Positions 40,959-49,514 of a stretch of 64,000 bases of DNA are shown here, one piece after another. Source of the DNA: a virus (lineage: Duplodnaviria > Caudoviricetes); the IMG/VR virus record IMGVR_UViG_3300021963_000003, positions 17-64,016 of that record; one strand, 5' to 3'. How positions within the stretch are numbered: the stretch's first letter is position 1; every line of letters starts with the position of its first letter. The notes beneath the pieces were generated by a model. The model was given only the letters and a program-made list of their open reading frames with translations. It had not been told where the DNA came from and did no database searches. The position numbers were made by a program, and so were the translations under genes.

Positions 40959-42965
40959 TTATAGGAATATCTCCCTTACGTCATATAACTTTACTTTCTG
41001 TTCTGCCTTCTGAGCAAACTTTGACTTACTAGCCGCAATTAACGTATAACCTGCAGCCATCGCCGCATCAAATTTAGTTGTTTTATTTATATTAAAGTGC
41101 AACCAGTCGTCTAATAATTCTGTAAAAATAACTTTCTTTAGGTTGTCTGTTATATAGGACTCCGTCTCTTCTGCTATCTGCTGGTGTGTCTTTACAGTTG
41201 CGGAAATACCGTACTTACTAGCATTAGGCATCTTTGTAAGAAATCTTTCATAACCCCTATATTCAAAATATTTAATCAATCCAACCTTGTTGTCCTCAGA
41301 CAGGACCTCGCATCCAAAAAAATGGGCGAGCTTAATCATGTCCTCGTAAAATATTTCTGCTTTGTCTGGTCGGTTAATGTACTGAACTAAAAACGTTTCA
41401 CTCAGCTCGTCTATAGCGTCATACCTCCTATATGCGTAGCCTGCTCCATCTGAACGCTCATTACTTGTGGTGATGGAATGGTCAAAGGGGTCAACTGCAA
41501 TGGCGTACTTCTTTGTTTCCTTGGGTACTTTTTTAGTGCCGTAGTCCTCAACTTGGTTATAAAAGTTGTAGTCGTGGACATTGGCTTTGGAGTGGACCTT
41601 GAATTTACCGTTTGCTTTTTCAACAAACAGAACCCTTGTGTCCCTCTCTCCCTTTTCCCAAACAAAGTCCCCTTGCAAATATAGTTCTTTTTTATCAATC
41701 CAAGTGATACTTTCTTTTTGTCTATTTAACGCAAGTGCGTCGTAGATACAACTCTCTGCTTCAGAAAAGAAAGCCTCCTCAATAGTAAAGGGATTCTTGC
41801 GTATAAAGGAAGCTAAAGCCCTGTTGTCGTCCATCAAGGCGTTACGCTCTCCCATATAAAACTCCTTAGCTTTTTCTTCGTCAGGGATGCCGTACTTGTC
41901 GTAGAACAAGGTCTTATAGGCGGGCATAAAGTACTGATATAGACCCGACTTGGTTCTACCGTTAGTGTTCTTCTTTCTTTGGTCAGATGCCTGCCATAGA
42001 GCCTTGAAGGATTCCCCTCCGTCTTCCATCTCCTCAACAGTTGTCGTATATAAAGCCTTGCCGATAATAGTCTCCTCTTGTTGCAAACAGAACTGAACAA
42101 CTTGGTGACGCTCATACACGTCAACGTTCTTTGTCTTACCCGCCTCGTCAGCTAGGTAGCGATGTAATTTCATTCCGTCGTAAGCAAACTTGTCAGAGGA
42201 CTTGAATGTTATCATTGACTCTAGCTCTACCTTCTCGGTAAAGATGTCGTCGTTAGCCCCGCGTTTGTTTGTCTTAAAAAACCTAAGCTCCCCTTTGGGG
42301 GTCATGCCCTTTTCGGTGTCGTAGATGGGTATAAAGAAGTCGGGTAGGTATTTAAATGGCATAATCACTCCCTTAGCAAACACGTTGTCCTTGGCGTCGT
42401 CAAATGTCTTGCTTTGGATACCTGCGTTCTTGTTCTTGCTTCTAGAGGTCAACTCAAATAAGAAAGCTCCTGCTCTCATCGTCTTTCCCTGACGACGCTT
42501 GGTGACCTCAATCATCCCCATACAATTCGGGTCTTGGATGCAGTACTCTAAAAAATAAAAGAAATGCAAGTCGGTAATCCTAAACTCGGGGTATCCAACG
42601 TCTAGCTTCCAATGGGTCAAGTAGAAGTAATGGAGCCCTGTTAGATATGTTCCCCTTCCGTTGTTGTAAAACCACAAGCCATTAAGCCTTCGGTCCCATT
42701 CTTGGTTACGATAGTTCTGAAGCTCAGGGTTGTAGTACTCAGGATTATTCTTTTGAACTAATATCTCCTTCTTTCTCTTAGTCTCGTAGTCAGCAGGTGG
42801 CTGAGGTCTTTCCCAATACTGATAGGCAGGCTTAGCAGAACGGCTAAGTATATCCCTCTCCTCCCACTTGTTTGTCATTATGTTAAAGACAACCCCGTTA
42901 GGGGGGATATTAATTTTTATCCCGTTTAATTCTATCTCTCTATTCCTCTTGTGTTTACGATACAT
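40959..42965 (-). CDS. terL: Terminase large subunit (crAss-like)
   Basis: TG.HYFYL, KRRQGKT Walker A, LADEAGK Walker B, RNase H-like AVDP..D and FDAAMA. Confidence 0.92.
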   Translation of the reverse strand: MYRKHKRNREIELNGIKINIPPNGVVFNIMTNKWEERDILSRSAKPAYQYWERPQPPADYETKRKKEILVQKNNPEYYNPELQNYRNQEWDRRLNGLWFYNNGRGTYLTGLHYFYLTHWKLDVGYPEFRITDLHFFYFLEYCIQDPNCMGMIEVTKRRQGKTMRAGAFLFELTSRSKNKNAGIQSKTFDDAKDNVFAKGVIMPFKYLPDFFIPIYDTEKGMTPKGELRFFKTNKRGANDDIFTEKVELESMITFKSSDKFAYDGMKLHRYLADEAGKTKNVDVYERHQVVQFCLQQEETIIGKALYTTTVEEMEDGGESFKALWQASDQRKKNTNGRTKSGLYQYFMPAYKTLFYDKYGIPDEEKAKEFYMGERNALMDDNRALASFIRKNPFTIEEAFFSEAESCIYDALALNRQKESITWIDKKELYLQGDFVWEKGERDTRVLFVEKANGKFKVHSKANVHDYNFYNQVEDYGTKKVPKETKKYAIAVDPFDHSITTSNERSDGAGYAYRRYDAIDELSETFLVQYINRPDKAEIFYEDMIKLAHFFGCEVLSEDNKVGLIKYFEYRGYERFLTKMPNASKYGISATVKTHQQIAEETESYITDNLKKVIFTELLDDWLHFNINKTTKFDAAMAAGYTLIAASKSKFAQKAEQKVKLYDVREIFL

Positions 42966-42966
42966 C

Positions 42967-43527
42967 TTATATGTTGGCTATTGACTCTGGGGTGTAGTTG
43001 ATAATCTTGTCCTTCTCCTGCTTGTTGTCCCCAAAGATTTTGTCCTCGTAGGACTCAATCCTTTTTATGATTGCGTCGCACTCTGCCATTAACTTACTTT
43101 TAATTTCAAGGGCTTGCAACTTGTCCTTGTCATTCTTGAAATTTACGATAGGAGTCAAAAGTTCTTGTTGGTATTGCCACAGTACTTCCTCGTTGGCTGC
43201 GAGAATAGCCCATACCTTCGACGATTGGTAGCGGAGGTATACGTTGATATACCCAAGCAATTTATCGTTGCTTAAATCAAAGATTTCGAGCTTGCCGTCT
43301 TTTATGTTAGCCATCTCAGCACACTCCTCTTTTCTTTCTACGATGTCAGGTATCTTTAATCGCAGTGGAGACTTGATATCATAAAGCAATGCAATGTACC
43401 TAAGCATCGGAATGTCGTCGGCTGAGACCTTGCCAAATATCTGGTTAACAAGTGGGTTCTTGTGAAGGTCCTTGTCGTTCACGGGTAGTAGGATGCTGTT
43501 GTATTCTGAATCTGTAAATATTGCCAT
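42967..43527 (-). CDS. Putative terminase small subunit
   Basis: Immediately upstream of terL; helical; YD.KSP motif. Confidence 0.45.
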   Translation of the reverse strand: MAIFTDSEYNSILLPVNDKDLHKNPLVNQIFGKVSADDIPMLRYIALLYDIKSPLRLKIPDIVERKEECAEMANIKDGKLEIFDLSNDKLLGYINVYLRYQSSKVWAILAANEEVLWQYQQELLTPIVNFKNDKDKLQALEIKSKLMAECDAIIKRIESYEDKIFGDNKQEKDKIINYTPESIANI

Positions 43528-43671
43528 AAGATTAATAAATTAATTACTGTTTTGTCGGAGCTCGCCGAACCGCGCCGCCGCCCGCCAGTTCCTCTTTGCT
43601 TTGCTAACTAGATTTGGTGTTTAGTAAGACTGCGTCTTCCTTTTCAAACTCAAAAAAAAATCGCAACTCTA

Positions 43672-43788
43672 TTGTTCTTTTTTACTATTATTCTTTATTA
43701 CTATTATTCTTTATTACTAAGGGGTGCGATTTTCGAACGTTCGATTTTCGAAGGTTCGATTTTCGAACGTTCGATTTTCGTACTATGG
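43672..43788 (-). repeat. Gene-less iteron array plus AT-rich repeats (second origin-like element)
   Basis: About 3.6 copies of 15-bp CGATTTTCGAACGTT (43727-43780) and 3 copies of 16-bp TAGTAATAAAGAATAA (minus strand); inverted homolog of 51581-51680. Confidence 0.85.
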
Positions 43789-43817
43789 TATTTTGTTTAC
43801 ATTGATACATTTTATAC

Positions 43818-44480
43818 CTATACGCTTTCTAACTCCATCTTTTTACCAAATATATCAGATTGCCTAACTGTAAAATATTCTACATCTTCAATCTTATTTA
43901 TAAAATTTGAGTTCTTAGCAAGTACTACCGTATCACCCTGCTTTACGTCCAATTCTTTTTGATTCAACAAGGGCTTGCCAATATAAGAAAGCTTCGCAAA
44001 CTTGACAGACTTCTTCTTTTGAATTGAAGTGACAAGACCCGCGCCGCTTAGTGTCGCCTGTATCGTGCGACCCCCGACCTCCACGCTCTCAAACTCTTCC
44101 TCCTCTTCAACAATCTGACTACATAAAGTCCACCCTCCAACAGGTAATATATTGCCGTCCCTAACAACACAAAAAATCCAATAGTAAGGTACTTTATAAC
44201 TATTGCCGTATACACAATTTGTTTCATCTGACGTAGTTAAATAATGAAAATAAACTTTGTCTCCAACTCTCACCTCCTGCTCTATCTCAAAGCCTTCCTC
44301 GTTGTAGCACTTGCCTTGCGGGATAGCCTCGACTATACCATAAATTCTTGCGTGATGTGTTGGGTTAAAAAGAGGGTCAATAAACACCTCTAAACTTCCG
44401 TGTTTGTAGGTCGAGTCTAATGCCTCCTCAACGCGTACGATGACAGCATTTACTGCTGATTGCTTGATGTTGTAGTTCAT
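43818..44480 (-). CDS. GroES/Cpn10-like co-chaperonin with two domains
   Basis: EVRVGDKVYFHY and DVKQGDTVVL...I...EY...RQSDI motifs; start placed at MNYNIK. Confidence 0.65.
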   Translation of the reverse strand: MNYNIKQSAVNAVIVRVEEALDSTYKHGSLEVFIDPLFNPTHHARIYGIVEAIPQGKCYNEEGFEIEQEVRVGDKVYFHYLTTSDETNCVYGNSYKVPYYWIFCVVRDGNILPVGGWTLCSQIVEEEEEFESVEVGGRTIQATLSGAGLVTSIQKKKSVKFAKLSYIGKPLLNQKELDVKQGDTVVLAKNSNFINKIEDVEYFTVRQSDIFGKKMELESV

Positions 44481-45272
44481 CTTATTAATTATTGTCTGGT
44501 TTGTAAATTCAAAGTTATATAATATTTCCCAATATATCCACCATACTTTGCGTCTAAGCAACTTAAATAGTTTAGACAATAGATTGCCTTAAGTTTGTTT
44601 TTTAGTAGCGTAGGGTTGTCGAAAAAGGGTTATATATATTATCCGACACCAACCAAATGAAAACGACAAACGACATTTATTTACCGAGTGGGGTCAACTT
44701 CCTTAATCCAAATTCCAAAATTCCTAGGACATTTAGATAGTTGTCTAATTAACTAATTCTATACTTAGCCATTTTGCTAATTAGTTGTTTAGCTAACTAT
44801 ATATTTAGTCAATCATCTAACCAAAAGAAAAACTATGTTACCATATATTAGAAAGGAAATCTATATTTCTATTGTATCATTGTGATACATTATATATTAG
44901 TAGGGAAATGTGGCTCTATGTCGTTTAAAGGGGGATAATCCCCTTCCACATACCCTTTATATAACAAAACCCGCATTAACTGTATTATGTAGGTGTTTAT
45001 CCTACATCCATTTTAAGCCACCATATCTTTGATTTAAGAGACTTTACCCCTCTAAATGTCCAATCATAAGGGCTATGTCAAGATAATTGTTTACACGCAA
45101 TTTCAGTACTTTATTACCGATTATTTCCCTTATACATATAGTATATAAAGGGGAGTTTCTTGATAAAGTACTATTTCGCTATAAATCTGTTGTACTATTC
45201 TAATAAAATGGGTATTTCGTCGACACATTCCTGTATTTCGTCGCTATTCTATGATATTATTATTGCTATGTA

Positions 45273-45302
45273 TTGTATAAATAAAAAGGTTTAGTACATT
45301 TG
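45273..45302 (+). promoter_or_regulatory. Major early promoter (Bacteroidota sigmaA)
   Basis: TTG-N19-TACATTTG. Confidence 0.75.
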
Positions 45303-45304
45303 TA

Positions 45305-45720
45305 ATGTCGAACGAGACATATGGTTGCCACTACTTGAGTGGTGCAAAGGATAAGGGGGCTGAGGTGTAAATTAAGCGGGTTTCGTACCTAGCTGAGGAA
45401 CGCTGATAAAGTAGGGTGTAAGTACTCGAAAAAGTCACACAGGTTTAGAGCCAACGCCCCCCGATAGTATGCTTAAAGCGTTCTTTGATTTATTGACTTA
45501 TAAGTTATAAGCGTCACAGCCACGAAACGGCTGACTCCACAGGTAGATAGGGGACACCCCGCACCTGTACGCACTGAACTCCTGTGTTGTCGAGAGGTAG
45601 TCTAGCTTACTAGACGGACAAAGCCAAACCGCAACACTAACCGCAAGGTAGTTGACCCGAAAGCGTAGCAACGAATAGATTGGATGCAGGGCGGTTCGAT
45701 TCCGTCCCTATTCGCTACAC
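45305..45720 (+). ncRNA. Structured leader RNA/ncRNA with boxA-like sequence and T-loop
   Basis: ORF-free and GC-richer than its flanks; multiple stems; GTTCTTTGA; GNRA loops; GGTTCGATTCC. Confidence 0.6.
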
Positions 45721-45772
45721 AACAATGTGTAAATATATCGATTCGGTCTAGGTTAACCGATACATTAAAGCT

Positions 45773-46726
45773 ATGGCAACATACACAAAAACAGAAAAAT
45801 TAACTCAGTCGCAAATCATTGACAGCATCAACGACAGGGTAATCGCAGGACTACAGGACAAGGGACTTAGTTGGTTCAAACCATTTAAGGACGGCGTAAC
45901 AGGTAGCTTTCAAGCTCTCTCCGCATATGGCAGGGCTTACAAGGGTTGGAATCAATTTATCCTTTCGTCTATTGCTTTAGAGCGCGGCTGGGTCAACAAG
46001 TGGTACACCTTTGCACATATCCAAAAATGCGAGGGCTACATTAATAAAGGCGAGTCAGGTACTAACATCTTTATGTGGCAAATAAGCTACGCAGTTGAGC
46101 GTAACGGAAAGACCACGTTTTACCCTGTGTTAGCGAGCGTACCTGACGCCGACAAGAAAGACGCTAAGAAAGTATTCTACCTTAAGCAGTGGAAAGTATG
46201 GTCTATATCACAGACTAACATACCACACAGCACACCTAACCTGCCTGTGACAGAGGAAGAGACGGAGCTTGACTCCCACGCAGACGCTGAGGCTATCCTG
46301 CAGGGTTGGGGCAAGGTTGTCCCTACCAAGCACACGAATCAAGGGCGGGCTTATTACTCCCCGTCTGCTGACTTTATCCATATGCCTGAAAAGACATCTA
46401 AGATGTGGCAGTCAAGCGGTGACTATTACAAGGTATTCTTTCACGAGGCTATCCACAGCACAGGTCACAAGTCTAGACTTAACCGCCTTGAGGAGACCGC
46501 GCGATTTGGTAACGAGGAGTACAGCAAAGAGGAACTAGTGGCGGAACTTGGAGCGTTGTACCTAGAGACTATCACAGGAATCGATTGCCTAGTGGACGAC
46601 TTCAAGAACAGCCAAGCATACATCAACGGATGGATTAAGGCAATCGCTAACGACAAGAACCTTATAATGCAGGCATCTAAGAAATCACAAGAGGCTGTAG
46701 CTTTAATATTATCTAACGTAAACTAA
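45773..46726 (+). CDS. ardC: Antirestriction protein ArdC (ssDNA-binding domain plus zincin-like domain)
   Basis: W.KP, Y.G.N, W.TF, KGE.G; AYYSP..D.I.MP, HEAIHSTGH.SRL.R, YS.EELVAELGA, YI.GW. Confidence 0.9.
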   Translation: MATYTKTEKLTQSQIIDSINDRVIAGLQDKGLSWFKPFKDGVTGSFQALSAYGRAYKGWNQFILSSIALERGWVNKWYTFAHIQKCEGYINKGESGTNIFMWQISYAVERNGKTTFYPVLASVPDADKKDAKKVFYLKQWKVWSISQTNIPHSTPNLPVTEEETELDSHADAEAILQGWGKVVPTKHTNQGRAYYSPSADFIHMPEKTSKMWQSSGDYYKVFFHEAIHSTGHKSRLNRLEETARFGNEEYSKEELVAELGALYLETITGIDCLVDDFKNSQAYINGWIKAIANDKNLIMQASKKSQEAVALILSNVN

Positions 46727-46768
46727 TCTAAAACCTTGCGGAGTACAGGTCAACCGCTAACTAAAATC

Positions 46769-46957
46769 ATGACTAAAATTATCTTATCAATCGTAGCGGT
46801 AGCGTTTACTTTACTTTACATCTTTTGTGCATTTGTATCTTGGGACTTAGGTGTCCTAGCCCACACCACAGAGGGCTGTCGCATAGGCTTTGTTTTATCA
46901 GGTCTATTCCTGTCAAGCATTGGAACTATTATATACTCAGAAACTCAAGAATCATAA
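46769..46957 (+). CDS. Small 2-TM early protein
   Basis: Hydrophobic ORF; ATG just after motif copy 1. Confidence 0.55.
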   Translation: MTKIILSIVAVAFTLLYIFCAFVSWDLGVLAHTTEGCRIGFVLSGLFLSSIGTIIYSETQES

Positions 46958-47088
46958 TGAGAAAGCTATTTAATCTAATCAAAGAAATCTACCAAACAGA
47001 TAAACAAGGCTTATATTTTATGGTAGCGTGGGCGGTAATGTTCTACGTATTGTATTGGCTTATCTTACCTATAATTAGGGGCGTGTAG
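46957..47088 (+). CDS. Small single-TM early protein
   Basis: MRKLFNL...; TAATG coupling. Confidence 0.5.
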   Translation: MRKLFNLIKEIYQTDKQGLYFMVAWAVMFYVLYWLILPIIRGV

Positions 47089-47147
47089 GTTCACGTTCCA
47101 CTATCATCTTTAACCTCACGATGTATAGGCAATCGTTATATTATATT

Positions 47148-47360
47148 ATGGAATATTGGAAAGTTATTGAAGGAAATCACAACACCCACACCGATGGGCT
47201 AAGTTTTGCAGAGGCAAGCAATCTTGCAATGGAATTAAATGATGATTTCCCAAACAAATTTTATTGTCCGTTTCCCGACCCCGACTACAGAGAACCACAA
47301 CAACTGCGTTTCGTTCCAAGAGGTACGATGGATGGATGGGAAGACCAATTTGATTATTAA
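47148..47360 (+). CDS. Hypothetical early protein
   Basis: ORF after motif copy 2. Confidence 0.55.
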   Translation: MEYWKVIEGNHNTHTDGLSFAEASNLAMELNDDFPNKFYCPFPDPDYREPQQLRFVPRGTMDGWEDQFDY

Positions 47361-47378
47361 ACTTAAACAAAATACATT

Positions 47379-47654
47379 ATGAAAACACCATTTGAACAAG
47401 CAGTTGAACAAGTTAGACAAGGTCGAATACAAGCACCCAAAGTATTAATGGGGAAAATGGATATGGATTACTTTGCCTATCAGCTAGTAGTCCATAAATA
47501 TAATCTAGGAATTATGGCTATGGGGATGACGTGTACAGGCGTCAAGTTTACAGACATCAAGAAGTACTACGGACTCAAGGGTCGGTCAGCTAAGGCTTGT
47601 AAGCCTGAGATTGAAGAGTTATTTAATAAGTACAAATCAAGTTTAAATCAATAA
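47379..47654 (+). CDS. Hypothetical early protein
   Basis: 91-aa ORF with A-rich start context. Confidence 0.6.
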   Translation: MKTPFEQAVEQVRQGRIQAPKVLMGKMDMDYFAYQLVVHKYNLGIMAMGMTCTGVKFTDIKKYYGLKGRSAKACKPEIEELFNKYKSSLNQ

Positions 47655-47699
47655 ACCTTTAACCTCACGATGTATAGGCTAATCGTTGTATTATCTAAT

Positions 47700-48206
47700 A
47701 TGAGAACAATTGAAATTAACCTTTACAAGTTCGACGAACTTAATGAGCAGGCTCAAGCTAAAGCAATTAAAGCCCATCAAGAAAATACCAATTATGATTG
47801 GTGGGATTCTATCGAGATTAATGCAGAAGAAAGCGGTGTTATTATAGAATCCTTTGACACAGACAAGGAAGACATAAGCGTATCATTCAAGTGGGAGGCT
47901 CACGATGTAGCTAACGCTTTGGTTAAGTTTTGGGGAGCAGATAGCGACATAGGTAAGATATGTCAAACGTTCCTTGATAAAAGAAATGTATTATATAAAA
48001 AGTATGCGGGAGATGAGGCTAGTACATACAATGAGAAGTTGTATGAATCGGAAGATGAATTGGTGGATGATTTCCATGCCGACGTGTCCCATTACTTTCT
48101 TAAGCAATTAAAGAATGAGTTAGAATGGATTGAATCCGACGATTACGCAAGGGGATACCTAAGCGATATGGACTACGACTTTATGGAAGACGGAACTGAA
48201 TATTAA
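47700..48206 (+). CDS. Acidic early protein
   Basis: LYKFDEL...AQ.KAI N-terminus and Y.F.EDG C-terminus; strongly acidic. Confidence 0.65.
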   Translation: MRTIEINLYKFDELNEQAQAKAIKAHQENTNYDWWDSIEINAEESGVIIESFDTDKEDISVSFKWEAHDVANALVKFWGADSDIGKICQTFLDKRNVLYKKYAGDEASTYNEKLYESEDELVDDFHADVSHYFLKQLKNELEWIESDDYARGYLSDMDYDFMEDGTEY

Positions 48207-48249
48207 ACCTTTAACCTCACGATGTATAGGTCAATCGTTGTATTATATT

Positions 48250-48657
48250 ATGACTAGAGAAGAAGATATTTGGGCTTGCACTGACTGCGGGCAATTGTAC
48301 GGGCGTCACGATATGTGGTTTGAGGGCGAAATATGCGAGAAATGTTACGCAGAGATTAACTACGCTGTAGTAGACTACGACAAGATGCAGTTGACTCTAT
48401 GGTTTAAAAAAGAAGAGTTTGTCTTTGACTTAACCAATGGCGACATCGGGGACTTTTGGGACGGGTTCGAGACATCAGACGAGGAGGTCTATGACGTTAA
48501 CTACCTTAAAGAAAAAGGATTCGATGACGGCGTCGAAGTATTCGGAACTTTCTTAGACGAAGACGGGTGTTTTAATATAGACACATCTAACTCATACTTT
48601 ATTAATATCAAAGAAAGAATAGGAGACGAAAATAATTATCTAAACTACAGAAAATGA
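48250..48657 (+). CDS. Acidic Zn-finger-containing early protein
   Basis: CxxC..CxxC; D/E-rich. Confidence 0.55.
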   Translation: MTREEDIWACTDCGQLYGRHDMWFEGEICEKCYAEINYAVVDYDKMQLTLWFKKEEFVFDLTNGDIGDFWDGFETSDEEVYDVNYLKEKGFDDGVEVFGTFLDEDGCFNIDTSNSYFINIKERIGDENNYLNYRK

Positions 48658-48896
48658 AAGAGCAAATAAAGAACTTAAAGTCAATGATTGACGCCTGCTA
48701 CGCCTACGAGGGAGCAGAGCGGGACTCGTACAACTACCATACATACATCAAACAATTTGAAGGCATATTAGGTAGCGTATTATTTGAGAAGGTCTATACA
48801 GAATACCTTCAGCACCTTAAGGATAATTTTAAAATAGTTGAGTCAATATACAAAGACTCCGACGGACTAACATACAACTCACTACAAGCAATATGA
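48654..48896 (+). CDS. Hypothetical protein
   Basis: ORF coupled to neighbours. Confidence 0.55.
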   Translation: MKEQIKNLKSMIDACYAYEGAERDSYNYHTYIKQFEGILGSVLFEKVYTEYLQHLKDNFKIVESIYKDSDGLTYNSLQAI

Positions 48897-49147
48897 ACAA
48901 GCAAATATTTAAGATAGGCAGGGCGGACGTAATCAAGTACTACGCCACCTCTCCAAGCGGTAAGCTAATCACACGCTACCAAGAGGACGACGGCTTTACG
49001 TCACATCGTTCAGTAATATCTAAGGTCGTGGAGGCTCTACCCGATTGGTACGACGAGGGGATGGTATACGTCCACATCGTATGCGAGGACAAGGGTATAG
49101 CTAAGGACATCGGCGTCAGACTACCTAAGTTCACGTACAACAATTAA
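48893..49147 (+). CDS. Hypothetical protein
   Basis: ATGA-coupled ORF. Confidence 0.55.
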   Translation: MNKQIFKIGRADVIKYYATSPSGKLITRYQEDDGFTSHRSVISKVVEALPDWYDEGMVYVHIVCEDKGIAKDIGVRLPKFTYNN

Positions 49148-49196
49148 TCCCACTAGCAACAATAACCTCTCGATGTATAGGCAATCGTATACTAAA

Positions 49197-49463
49197 ATGA
49201 ATGTAAGAGAAATGTTTGAGGGCAACGACGCCCAAATAAAGAACAGCTACGCCTACATAATCGGCAGGTTTGCGTATCGTCGGATGTACACCAAGAACGA
49301 GACTCCAGAAGACCACGCAATTAAAAAGATTTGCGACATCTACTTTTATGCTCCTGAGATGATATCAGTCAAGCAGTTAGATTGGGTCATTAGGTACGCC
49401 ACTAAGTTTAGGATTGAATATCCTATTACGTCGGCACAATCAGTGGTTTCGTCTACAAATTAG
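49197..49463 (+). CDS. Hypothetical protein
   Basis: ORF after motif copy 5. Confidence 0.55.
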   Translation: MNVREMFEGNDAQIKNSYAYIIGRFAYRRMYTKNETPEDHAIKKICDIYFYAPEMISVKQLDWVIRYATKFRIEYPITSAQSVVSSTN

Positions 49464-49514
49464 GTAATATATTAAAACAAGTACGTAAATTTAAATTCAA
49501 CTAAACCAACAAAA

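Larger units (their letters stand above)
46733..49187 (+). repeat. Five dispersed ~25-nt pseudoknot-like motifs upstream of early genes
   Basis: Copies start at 46733, 47113, 47662, 48214 and 49165; consensus ACCTCACGATGTATAGG(N1-2)AATCGT. Confidence 0.85.

Noticed and set aside
3934-42124. Many short antisense or alternate-frame ORFs inside the long minus-strand genes
   Set aside because: Shadow ORFs with S/L/I-rich composition and no start context.
43672-43962. Plus-strand ORFs with FERSI/FDFR repeats (43614..43805 and 43672..43962)
   Set aside because: They are translations of the iteron repeats, antisense to the late arm.
45665-45718. tRNA gene or tmRNA end suggested by GGTTCGATTCC
   Set aside because: Only about 10 nt separate the putative acceptor 5' strand from the T-arm; there is no D or anticodon arm and no CCA. 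Kept as part of the structured leader.
46733-49190. CRISPR array
   Set aside because: Repeats are hundreds of bp apart and separated by intact genes; no cas genes.
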